DNA of 63,037 bases, the filler included, from Pelomyxa schiedti (lineage: Eukaryota; Protista; Evosea): the NCBI GenBank assembly GCA_020536535.1. It is 7 parts of 7 records of this genome, joined end to end, with 100 filler letters (N's around TTAATTAATTAA, not from the genome) between each part and the next. Parts side by side here need not be neighbours in the genome. Positions count along the whole stretch, not along the records: positions 17,581 to 24,352 come from JAHLWZ010000201.1; positions 24,453 to 54,782 come from JAHLWZ010000292.1; 5 more parts are not named here. One strand, 5' to 3'. The notes beneath the pieces were generated by a model. It was not told the origin of the DNA, did no database searches, and was given only the letters and a program-made list of their open reading frames with translations. The translations under genes and the position numbers were made by a program. Each line of letters starts with the position of its first letter. The first letter of the stretch is position 1. Positions 23,680 through 34,824 of this stretch are shown piece by piece.

Positions 23680-24084
23680 GTGACTGCCTACAGTTGGCCA
23701 CCTCTGAGTCCAACAGCTGACACTTTGCGACGGCCTACAGTTGACCGCCCGACAACTTGCGACGGCCTACAGTTGACCGTCCGACAACTTGCGACGGCCT
23801 ACAGTTGACCGCCTCAATTCCACACACCTGACACAGCGACGGCCTACAGTCGACCGCCCGACAACTTGCGATGGCCTACAGTTGACCGTCCGACAACTTG
23901 CGACGGCCTACAGTTGACCGCGTCAATTCCGTGGCCGACAACTTGCGACGGCCTACAGTTGACCACCCAACAACTTGCGACGGCCTACAGTTGACCGTGT
24001 CAAATTCCACGGCTGACACTGCGACGGCCTACAGTTGACCGCCTCAATTTGCAGCGCCCAACTACCGTTGACCAAAGTGTGAGT
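23680..24084. repeat. Tandem array of 21-bp core GCGACGGCCTACAGTTGACCG with 9-26 bp linkers (about 11 units)
   Basis: Cores at 23680 (degenerate), 23727, 23759, 23791, 23836, 23868, 23900, 23945, 23977, 24021 and 24051 (degenerate). A solo copy lies at 23006. Confidence 0.9.
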
Positions 24085-24452
24085 AGTATCTCAGGTTTGG
24101 TGTGTGTGGTAGTGTGGCGGCTCTCACTTATGAGAGAAGAGCAGGACATATGGCACAAGAAGAAGAAACGCAGTCTCCCCAGAAGGTTGATCAAGTTTCT
24201 AGTGTATTGTGGATCTGATTTCCCAAGGCCGGCGACGCACGTCATCATCGGCTTGGGATGACAATAGCAGCAACATCACATCCGACAAAACCATTGCGGC
24301 GACAACCCATAAGTTACCTGGCGCAGCGGGTGGGTGGCACGAGTAACACAACNNNNNNNNNNNNNNNNNNNNNNNNNNNNNNNNNNNNNNNNNNNNTTAA
24401 TTAATTAANNNNNNNNNNNNNNNNNNNNNNNNNNNNNNNNNNNNNNNNNNNN

Positions 24453-27400
24453 ACAGAGGTATCAAGTTGCGACTGCAGTTCTTTCAGGGTTGATTTCAGG
24501 CCCGCATTGGCGTCATTTTGGTTGGAGAGGTCCGACTTCAGTTGCTGCAGTTGAAGTTCAGCTTGCTTCAGCTTCGAATTTACTTCAGCTAGGTCAGACA
24601 TGTTTTTGTGAAGAGAACTCTCAAGTGCCCTCTTCTCTTCAAGAGCTTCGTCTAACTTGGTTTTTGAGCTTTCTTTGTCGGCATTGGCGATATCAAGCTG
24701 GCGTTGAATCTCCGCAAGTCTTACTTCCATTTCTTGCCTTGCCTTGATGAGTTGGTCTTGTGTTGCACGATGCTCAGAGAGTTGTCGTGAAAGAGATTCG
24801 TTTTCTTTTTGAGATGCAGTCAGCCTGCCTGAGATTTCTGTTATTTTTGATGTTGCCTGGGCGAGAAGTTGTTGTGCTTCCCCTGTCCCTGCTGCTTGCT
24901 CACTTAGTTTATTTTGAAGTTCTACAGCAGAAACTTCAGATTGCCTTGCTTGTTCTGCACGAATGGCTTCGCTTTCATCAAGCCTAGCCTTTAGTGCCCT
25001 CTGCTGTTCTTGGTTTTGGTCTCGTTCTTGTGTGAGCCTTTGTTGAAGGGATTCCTTCTCACCAATTGTGGCATTCAGTTTGGATGTGATTCCTTCCTTT
25101 TCTAATGTGGCAGTGTCAAGTTGTTGGTGCATCTGTGAAATTGCAGCATCCATTTCTTGCTTCGTTTTTGCAAGCTGCTCACTTAAGGAGTGACTTGTTG
25201 CCAGTGAAGAAGATAGCTGCCCTGAGACATTTGATATTTCTTCATCCCGCCTGGACACTTCTGTGAGAAGCTTTTTGGACTCGTCCTTCGATTTTTGAAG
25301 TTCACATGAAAGGTCACTAGCTTGTTTCATGAGGGCCTGTATTCTTTCCTCACAGCCACCGATTTTGGCCTCCAAAAGAGTTTTTTCTTCTGATCTTTCC
25401 TGTTGTGTGGATGTCAGGGTGTCAGTTAATTGTTTCCTATGTTGTAAGGGGGTGGCTGAGAGAGAAAGGATGGGGGTTAGGGACCTTAGAAAGCAGCTCG
25501 AGTTTTTGAGTTTCTTCCTGTAACTTTTTGACCAGTGACTCCATCTCTTCAGCAAGGGACTTCTCATGCAGCTGGGATGAAAGCAATTTATTGTTAAGTT
25601 CGTCCAGTTTGCTCTGGAGATCAACAATGGAGCCATTTTTCTCTGCCAGCTCAGCCTCTATCAACTTTGACTTGCTGTGGACCTCCTCTAGCTCAGCAGA
25701 TATTCGTGCTCTTTCAGCTGCATCTTGGTCATGCTGTTTGTGGAGTTCTTCCTTCTCCCTTTTCAAAGCTTCAACATCCCCTTGTGCCAATGTAATTTGC
25801 CCATTGAGACTGATGTTCTCTTCTTTTGCTATTGCCAATTGCTCTGCAGCTTTGCGCGCATCATCGCGGAAATTGTCCCTCTCACTCGTTGTATCTGAGA
25901 GCAGCTGCTTCAGGCGATCACTTTCCTGTTGTAATTTGGCAGAGGCTTCTTCAAGAAGGCTCTTCTTTCCCTCGATGTCCTTCAGGGCCAATTCCAGGTT
26001 TCTGCTCGTCAGCTCTGCATCTTTAAGTTGGGCTGTTGTTTCCTGTTGTTCACTGCTCACTCTTTTTAGAATCTCACATGTTGAGAGATGGTCTTCTTCT
26101 TTTTTATTGAGGTCCCTGGTGAGGTTGTTTACCTTGTCTTTTTCATTTTCCCAGTCCCTTAGAGCACTTTCCAAGTGATGAGTTTTGTCTGCCAATTGCT
26201 GGGATAGAGATTCATTTTGTTGATTGGAAGATGCTATCTGTGCTTCCATTCTTTCTTCCGTCTGTTTGTGTATGAGGGATTCCTTTTTCCAGTGTAAGTA
26301 ATTTATCGGTAAGTATTTGTGCTAATCAAGCTAGGTACTTGTTTGAGACGCTCAAGTTCTTGCTGTGCTTCAGAAAGTGCTTTATTGGACGAATCCAGTT
26401 TTGTGGTGATACTGCTATTGAGAGAGCACTCTTCTTGCAACCTCTGCTCCAAAGACGAGGTTTTTAATTTTTCCTCTTGTAGCTCCTGCTTGTTCAAGTC
26501 TAACTTCTCATGTACAGCTTGATTTTCCTCTTTGAGCTTTTCAATCTCACTGCACATAGCATTCCTTTCTGAAATCATACTGTTTTTTTCAGTTACAAAC
26601 TTTTCAAGGTCAGCGGTTTTAGTTCCAAGCTGCATTGCCATACTTGCACATCGTTCATCTAATTCTTTTGTCTGCTGGTCTTTTTTGGAAATGCTTTCTT
26701 TCAGGGAACCACATTCCTAAAGGCACTTAGAAATTTATTAAACGGAAAAAGGATATTTAACCTGGTTACTGCTTTCAAGCTCCTGCTTTAATTTCTGAAC
26801 CTGGAGGAGAAGCGTTTCCGAGTTCGATCTTGCTTCACTCAATTTGGATGCAAGGGACGTAGTTTCATCATGATGCTCCCGCTTGGCTTGCTCGAATTGG
26901 TCAGTCAAACTGCTGAGCTTATTTTCAGTTCCAGCAAGGGCAGCACTTAACTCTTTGGAGTGGGACATTTCTGAATTCAATTTCAAATCAAACTCACTTT
27001 TCTGAGCTGTGAGTTGAGATGACGATTTATCCACAACATCCTTCAGCTCTTTTTCAAGGTTTGCCACAGAATTAGTCAATGCTTGATTGGCATCATTCAG
27101 CCGTTGTAAATTTTCAGCATAATTGACTTGTTCAGAATGCAGTTTGTCAGTAAGGGTACGATTGGTTTCCTGTGAGTCATTGAATAGCTTTTTCTGTTCA
27201 GAAAGTGCATCAGTGGAAGCTTTCAGTTGTGCCTTTACATCAGTGACTGCTGCGTCATGCTCTCTTTTTGCACTTTGAAACTCACTGGAAAGTAAGTCAA
27301 GTTGCGCTTTTGCTTCATCAAATTTTCTGCTGAACTCATTTGATGCACTTTGAGCTGCCAATAGTTTGGTAGTCAAAGTTTCTATTTGCCGAGTGGAGTC

Positions 27401-29992
27401 TTGAATCTGCTGTTTGAAATTATCAACTTCACCTTTGTGGGTCTGATTTGCTTGGTTGAGTTGAACAGCGGATTGCGCAAGATCTTGCTTTGATCTGTTC
27501 AGTTGCTCAGTCAGAGCCTTTGAGTTGAGTTTTTCTGATTCCAGGTCAGAGTTGAGGGTCTTGGTTTGTTCATTTGACAGGTGAAGTTGTTGGTTCAGCT
27601 GTTCAACAGAAGCTTGATGCTGTTGCTTTTCAGTCTCAAGTTGAGAAGTAAGAGTATTGAGCTTTTGGTGAGTCTGATCTAACTCTGCTGTGACAGTACT
27701 AAGATTTTTAGAGGCGTTGGATAACTCAAGAGTCAGATGTTTGGATTCATCTTGGAGATGTTGCACAGTGGCATGTAAATTATCGCAGTCCAATTCAAGT
27801 TTCTTGTTCTTTGCCTGCATTGTCTCCCTCTCAGTTAGAAGTTTGTCCTTCTCCTGTGTGACATCGTGATGTTCTCTCAGTTTAGACGAAAGTTGTTCTT
27901 CAAGTACTCTAATTTTTTGATTCATTTCCTCAATTTGAGCATCACAGCTAGATTTAAGGTTTTCTAGGCCCTTTAAAGACAACATTAGATGCTGAATATT
28001 AAAAAAAAATACACACAGAGTGTGCCGCGTTCAATTTCTCCATCTCCGCCTTGAGATTGTGGGAGATGTCTTGCTCCTTTTTAATTTCCTTTCTCAAACT
28101 GTCGGCTTCAATTTGGGAATTGTGCAGTTGCTGTGAGAGGGTTGAAATGTCATTTGATTTGGCTGTTATTATATTCATGTTTTCCTGTTGTAGTTGGTCA
28201 TCAACTATGCACAAAGGTGTGAGTTACCTTCAAGTTGTTTTCTGAGGTGGTGAACTTTTGCTCTATAGAGGCAAGATCTTGCTGTAACTTGCTATTCTCC
28301 GCTATGAATGTAAGAATTGGTTTTTTGAAAATCAGATCACCTGCTAGAGAAAGCTTTTCATTTTGAGCACTTTTCAGCTGATCAGAGGTAGTTGCAAGTA
28401 AAGACTTGACCTCAGATATGTCCCGATCACGTTCCTGGATGACTTTCTGTTTCTCCTATAAAAAAATTCAAAAAGAGATGAAATTTTTCCTGCATACAGA
28501 TAAGTCAAGAGTTAAACTTGCATTTTTATTTTGCAAGTCGTGGAGTTGTGTCTCAAGAGAATTTTTCTGAATCTGAAGCTCCTTAGAGACTTCCTGGTTT
28601 TGAATGAGTCAGCAATTTGGGAAGAGGTGTTTCAACTTTTTCAGCATCCTGTTGTTGTTTGAGACTACTCAATTGGGCTGCCTGAGCTTCCAATTGATTT
28701 TTGAGACTGCCCAGATCAGCTTTGTGAGCAGTAAGTTGTTGTGCAGTTGTAGAGCTTGCAGTTTGTGCTGCACGTAACTGATCATTCAGAGTTACTATCT
28801 CTCTTTTTGCTGCTTCTAGCTCTCCTCCTTTTTGAATCTCTAGTTGTTGTAGGTTTTTTGATGCAGCTTCTGATGCAAGCTTTTGTTGTGTGAGTTCTTT
28901 TTGGGTCTCTGCTAGCTGTTTTGAAAGGCCTTCTTTTTCAATGGTGTGTTGTGTCTGTTTTTGAATCAATACATCTCGTTCATTTGTTATCTCAATCAAT
29001 TTCTGCTGAACAACTGGAAGAGCTTCTACGCCTGCAAGTTGTGCTTTAAGTTGTTGGCTTGTATGTTTTTCCTATCATTTATGAATGACCAATAGAATTT
29101 CTACCCATGTCACACCTTGGTGCATTCTTCCCTCAGTGATGCAATTTCATTCCTTTTTTTTTTTTTTTTGTATTACTCATTTTGGAAAAGTGAAGCGAAA
29201 TAACAACCTCAGTAAAACAATTTCTGTATCTTTGCTGGCCTATTTCTTTGTTACATTACACAGGAAGGCAAAGGGAGTACAACAGACAACAAGGAAAAAA
29301 CAACAAAAAAACCGACAGAAAACCTGTAATTAATACCATTGCTTGCTGGATTTCAGAGCTGTCTCCTGAAACTTTCAAAACCACTTCTTGAATAGCAGAG
29401 ACCCTACAATATCTCTCAGAGCCGAGAAAAAGAGAAGAAAGTCCACCAGAGTCTAACATCACCAGGTGAACCTGCCTTCAACTCATATGTCCTAGCCTGG
29501 GTGACCACAATGAAACTCAGTTCATCATGTGACTAAGGAGCATAAGGGACACAAGGGGGATGTCAAACCAACTAAAAGAGTGTTGAGAAATACCCTGTCA
29601 ATTTCAACTTTCTTTACAGTACGTAGATTAATATCTCCCTGCGGTTTGGCATCTGAACTAGCATAAATGGGGAAACAAAGGGCGAGCATAAGTAAGAAAC
29701 TGCCCTACCAGGCTCAGATGACTTGGCATAAGCCCAAATACACTTATTAGTGAGATAAAACCATCTCTTTTGTTGTTTGGACACAACACCCTTTCCTCCT
29801 TTCTTTACGAGCCAACCCTGGGTTTTTAAATGTTTTACGTTACGAAACTTTTCTCAAGTAGTCACTACGCAGCAGAAAAAAACGGAGAATCATAGAGATC
29901 TGGAAACACACAGTCAGCTCCTTTGTTATCAACAAAGCCTGAGCCTCGTGGGGGAATTCCTGTGGTACACTCACGGACGACCGCCTAAACAT
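24453..29992 (-). CDS. N-terminal PH domain plus very long coiled-coil protein; multi-exon, 3'-partial
   Basis: Small exons near 29450-29830 give QGWLVKKGGKGVVSKQQKRWFYLTNKCIWAY...PQGDINL...SFIVVTQARTYELKA (PH). They are followed by more than 1300 aa of E/Q/K/L heptad-rich ORFs. Start codon approximate. Confidence 0.75.
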
Positions 29993-30133
29993 CCCCTCGT
30001 CGGTCTTGAATGATTGATTGTTCCGAAAAAATGATGGAACAAACGAACTACATTTTTTCGATTTCGGATTTGTCTCTGTGATTGAGGAAACAAATCTAAA
30101 ATCTCGTCACACAGTTGATTTGGCGTGGGTGAG

Positions 30134-31640
30134 ATGTTGTGGATAGACAAGTACCGGCCCGACTCGTTGCAGTCGTTGACGTACAATGAAGATCTTACCG
30201 CAATTTTGACACGTCTGGTTTGCGTGCTATTTGCCATTCGCGTCCGATTATTCTGTGGACGGGTTCCTAATGGGCTGTTTTACGGCAGGCACAAAATAAA
30301 CGAAATCTACCACACTTACTGTTTTATGGCCCCTCTGGAGCTGGGAAGAAGACCAGAATAATGAGTCTATTAAAAGAAATCTATGGCACTCCAGCCACTA
30401 AAGTATGGCTACGCGTTCCTAATAAAATAACAGTACCAAAATATTTAACTCTGTTTACAGGTAAAACCAGACACCAAAACAATCAAGGTACTTTTTTGTT
30501 TTTTTTTCCCTTTCTTTCTTTCTTATCTTCTTAGGGAAAGGAGGGCACGAAGGCAGTTGAAATTACCGTGATGACTAGTAAGTTTCACACTGAACTCACT
30601 CCCAGTATGCTTGGGACAAGTGATAAGCTGGTGTGGTACTGCAAAAAATCAACACCTTTCTGATGTTGTGGGAAGGTTGTACAGGAAGTCATCAAGGAAA
30701 TTGCCGGCACACGATCTATCGATTGTGGAACAGATTTTAAAGGTTAGTCATTGTACCACCTCTGTGTTAACTGACTCCCACTGTAGTCATCGTTCTCCAT
30801 GAAGCAGATGAACTGTCAAGGCAAGCACAAAACGCTCTTCGTCGTACAATGGAGAAATATACCGAATACTGTCGTCTTATTCTTTGTGCCACATCAGTAT
30901 GTTCAGTAATTCCAGCAGTTCGGTCTAGATGCTTCCACATACGAGTTGCACTTCCTGACCCTCCTCACCTTTCAGCAGTATTGGTAACACAAACAATTTT
31001 GTAATTTTCAACCAACTTTCTACCAAAGAAACATATAAGCACCCAAGAAAACTTCACTCTGCCTGATCCCCTGGTTGACAAGATAATAAGGGCAAGCGAA
31101 CAAAATACCAGAAAAGCTATTTTAATGCTGGAAACTACCAAACTCAGACAGTAGTCAACCTTGTGGGGATATTAAGTTAACAAACTTCTAGATACCCCTT
31201 CACCCCTGATCAAGTTCCAGAAATGACGGATTGGGAACTCTACATTTCTCAAATTGTAATCGACATCCTAGGGGATTTGACCCCGAGGAGGCTTGTACAC
31301 ACCACTCCATGTTTGAAGGATTAACATTTCCTTCCCCCCAGTCTACTGCTAGCAAGACAAAGGCTTTATGAACTACTTACACACTGCATCCCTGCAAATC
31401 TTATTCTGGAGAAGATGGTTTTTGAGATACTCGGAAAAATAGATGGAGCGCTTCATGCCGAGGTCATCAAATGGGCGGCACACTATGTAACTACAACAAC
31501 CCTCCCTTAGCCTCACCTCCAACTCACGCTTTAACAAGGACCACCAAATGAGGAACGGGTCAAAACCTATCTACCATCTCGAAGCATTTGTGGCCAAATC
31601 CATGGCATTGTACAAGAAATACTCCATTGGGAACTTTTAA
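30134..31640 (+). CDS. RFC3: Replication factor C subunit 3 (human RFC3 / yeast Rfc5 orthologue); multi-exon
   Basis: MLWIDKYRP; DLPHLLFYGPSGAGKKTRIM; EADELSRQAQNALRRTMEKY; IPAVRSRC; RLYELLTHCIP; GSKPIYHLEAFVAK. Confidence 0.93.
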
Positions 31641-32218
31641 GATCTTTTGGAGGTTCTTTTTTTGTTTTTATGTTTTCCATGGTGGTGGCTACTAGAGTGA
31701 GGTTTTTGGGTCGTTGTACTGCTACTGTTACTGCTAGAGTGATGTTTCTGTGAAGCTTTACTTCTAGAATGCTTTCCCGTAGAGTGTTTTCCCGTCGTTC
31801 TTCTCCTTTTAGGTTTGGGTGGTACTGCCGTTTCATCTTCAGGTTCCGGTTGTGCTTCTTCTGTTCCCTCTTTTTCCGGTTGTGTGATTGCTGCTACCTC
31901 TGAGCTGTCATCTTCCCCTTGTGGGGGCGGTTCTGCTGTTTCCGATGTGTCGTCGGGTGGCGGCAGTGCTATTTCTGGTTCGTTGCCATCAACTGCTGTG
32001 GTTTCAAACCTCTCCCGTGACCCATTTTCATCTCCTTCTGTTGATGTGATTTCTGTTTCTATTTGCGGTTCATTCTCATTCTCGTCAAATGCCGTCGCTG
32101 TTGTTACTGTATCTATTCCTGGTTCGTCGTTTTCGTCCGCTGCTGTGGTTTCTGTTTCTATTTGTGGTGTGTCATTCTTATCTGCAGTTGCTGGTTCTGG
32201 TTCTGGTTCTGATTCTGA

Positions 32219-32282
<64 letters not shown>

Positions 32283-34464
32283 TGAGGTGGAGATATGAGC
32301 ACAGCTGTTCGCTTTTCTAGGTTCCTTAGAATTTTCTGAAGGCGCTTTCTCTCTTTTGCGATTGCTGAGGTGTCTGTATCCGACCGTTTGGCTTGTTTTT
32401 CTAGTTCCTTTGTCTTTCTCTTCAATCTTTTTATCTTGCGGGATATTTCTGATCCACTGGTTTGTCGTGTGGCTGAAGCCTTTAGCCACTTAATTTCCAG
32501 TTCACAAATCTTTCTTCCTAGTCTCTCGATCTTGTACAAAAGTTCCATTTTATGCTCTGGTTTATTCTCAAGCTCCCATATCTGGTGATTGTTTGGTTAT
32601 GTGTTGTGGTTTTCCAGTGCTGTTCTACAAGTTATGGTACTGGTGCAAAAACCTTTTTTCGAGCCCTTCTCAGTTGAGTGTTCAAAGTGTGCCACCGGTC
32701 TTTCGTTGTAAGACCTTTTTGCCTCAAGTATTCCAGCCTGGAACTCTTTATTCTGTGTTAAGTACTTTGTTACTACTTGAAGAAATTAATGGGGCCAACT
32801 CTTCTAGAACTGCACGGTGCTTCACCAAGTCATGTTTAAGTTGTTCTTTCGATTGCTGACTTGCATTTGGGCCAATGTAATATGGTGACAATCTGTGCAT
32901 GATGAAAAAAATAACTGTGTCCATTCGGATAGGTTTAAGTTTTAGAAACAGGAGAATGTGGACATACTCTTCAAGGAATGCACTTGTTGGTGTGAATTCA
33001 CAATCCGGCACCATCCTGCAAAAGTTAGCATTCAAGTTACTAAGTAAAACTTTTACCTGCCAAAGGGAGGGGGAGAAGAGTCACTGTCAATATGAAGAGG
33101 TAAAATTGGCTGAGTGGGTGGAACGTCAGCTTCATTCAGTGATAGGTCCGGGCTTTGGGGCATAAAATCTCCTGCACTCACTATCCTACCTCCCCTGCTC
33201 GAAGTGGCAGTACACACAGACTGGGTTCCAGACCTGGCACAAGAAGAATTTTCAGTCAGTGGCAAGCCAGCACGGGATTGGGTTGGAGCCAGAGAGTTCA
33301 CACTGGAACTATCAGATACCCTGCTTCTACTCGTTCGTACGTTGGGTGTGAGGCTTCCACTTCCATCGGGATATGGTGTAGTGGCATGAGTGGTGGAATC
33401 TCGGCTTCTACTCCCAATGTTACTGCCACTTCTCAGCCCGCTACTAACAGCTATCTGAAGGTGGTTCAGCACAGGGGGTTCTCCGCCATGCAAAATTCCT
33501 CCAACCACCGGCAGTGAAGGTGAAGGAAAATGCGTCGAGGAATCCACTGAACCGTCGTGCTCCCCGCTCGCAGTAGTATCCAATAGCCTCAACATCGGCA
33601 GTCCCTTGCCGTGTCTCCTCGTCGTTGATGCTGATGTTGGTGCCGATGCTGGTGCTGACGATGTTGTTGATGACGTTGCTTGCCTTGGCCTCCTCGTCCT
33701 CGCGCCGGTGCTGGTGCTGGTGCCCCTGCGGGCGCCCGCGGACCTCGACGACATCGCTGGGGAGGCGACGCCGGACGCGGGGGCCGACTTGGAGGCTCTC
33801 GAGAGCGAGGACGGGGTGGAGGTGCCCGTCGTGGCGTCGAGCATCGCCACCAGGTCGGGGGACGGGTCGCCCCTCCTCCTCGAGCGCCTTCCCCTTGGCG
33901 TCGGGCACACCTCAGCCGCCGTCGCGGCGGCGNNNNNNNNNNNNNNNNNNNNNNNNNNNNNNNNNNNNNNNNNNNNNNNNNNNNNNNNNNNNNNNNNNNN
34001 NNNNNNNNNNNNNNNNNNNNNNNNNNNNNNNNCGGGGTGGAGGTGCCCGTCGTGGCGTCGAGCATCGCCACCAGGTCGGGGGACGGGTCGCCCCTCCTCC
34101 TCGAGCGCCTTCCCCTTGGCGTCGGGCACACCTCAGCCGCCGTCGCGGCGGCGCCCTTGCACACCAGCGGCGGCGCCTCCTCCTCTTCCTCCTCCTCCCG
34201 CCCCTGGCAACGGAGGAGGGAGGGCGGGGGCCTGGGGAGCTCTTGGGTGTGCGGCTGCTCGTAGTCGTCGTCGCCGCCGCCGCCGCCGCCGTAGCCGTAG
34301 TCGCCGCAGTCGAAGTGCTGCGGGGAGGGAGGGTGGCAGTAGTTGCTAGAGAGGGACGTGGGCGTCGCGGCCACCCACTGCTCGTCCTGCGATAGCAGCG
34401 GTATTGTCCCGTCCTCGCTTTCGTTCACGTCGTGGGGCTCTTGGTCGTCCCCTTGGAGCTGCAT
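31637..34464 (-). CDS. Hypothetical protein: low-complexity N-terminus, coiled coil, (EP)n acidic tract, basic C-terminus; multi-exon, spans a gap
   Basis: Successive minus-strand ORFs (33589-34536, 33053-34129, 32748-33035, 31637-32548) with plausible splice sites. No recognised domain. Confidence 0.5.
32191..32282. repeat. (CTGGTT)n hexanucleotide repeat encoding poly-(Glu-Pro)
   Basis: About 15 tandem units within the minus-strand ORF. Confidence 0.9.
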
Positions 34465-34824
34465 TGCTTTGCTACGATTTCGAAATGAATTTGGTTTTAA
34501 TGAACTATCTGTAGGGTTAGTAGATGGGGAGATCACGTGTTCTGGTACTGTGTCTCAACTGTACTGCTGGGTCAGGGTGCCCCGCGATGTCCATGAGGAG
34601 GAATCCCTGGAGGGAAGTTTCCATACACCTAAGCAACCAAATGTGTTGATTGATTGATTGTGCTGTGTAACTCACGTGGACATTGCGTGCAATGTGCAGA
34701 AAAGGTCCAGCAGGACCCGCGTACTGTAAATAAAGTGGATTATTTTCTTGTTTAAAACAAAAACAAAAAACACAGGTTTGGTTTTTTTTCAGTGGGTGTG
34801 GGCGGTGTGTGGCGTGGGTGTGGG

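Noticed and set aside
23680-24084. CRISPR array
   Set aside because: Linkers are short, repeated and homologous to each other. No cas genes, and the context is eukaryotic.
32089-32489. (VL)n, (GS)n and (RT)n ORFs
   Set aside because: Alternative frames of the (CTGGTT)n repeat that encodes poly-EP.
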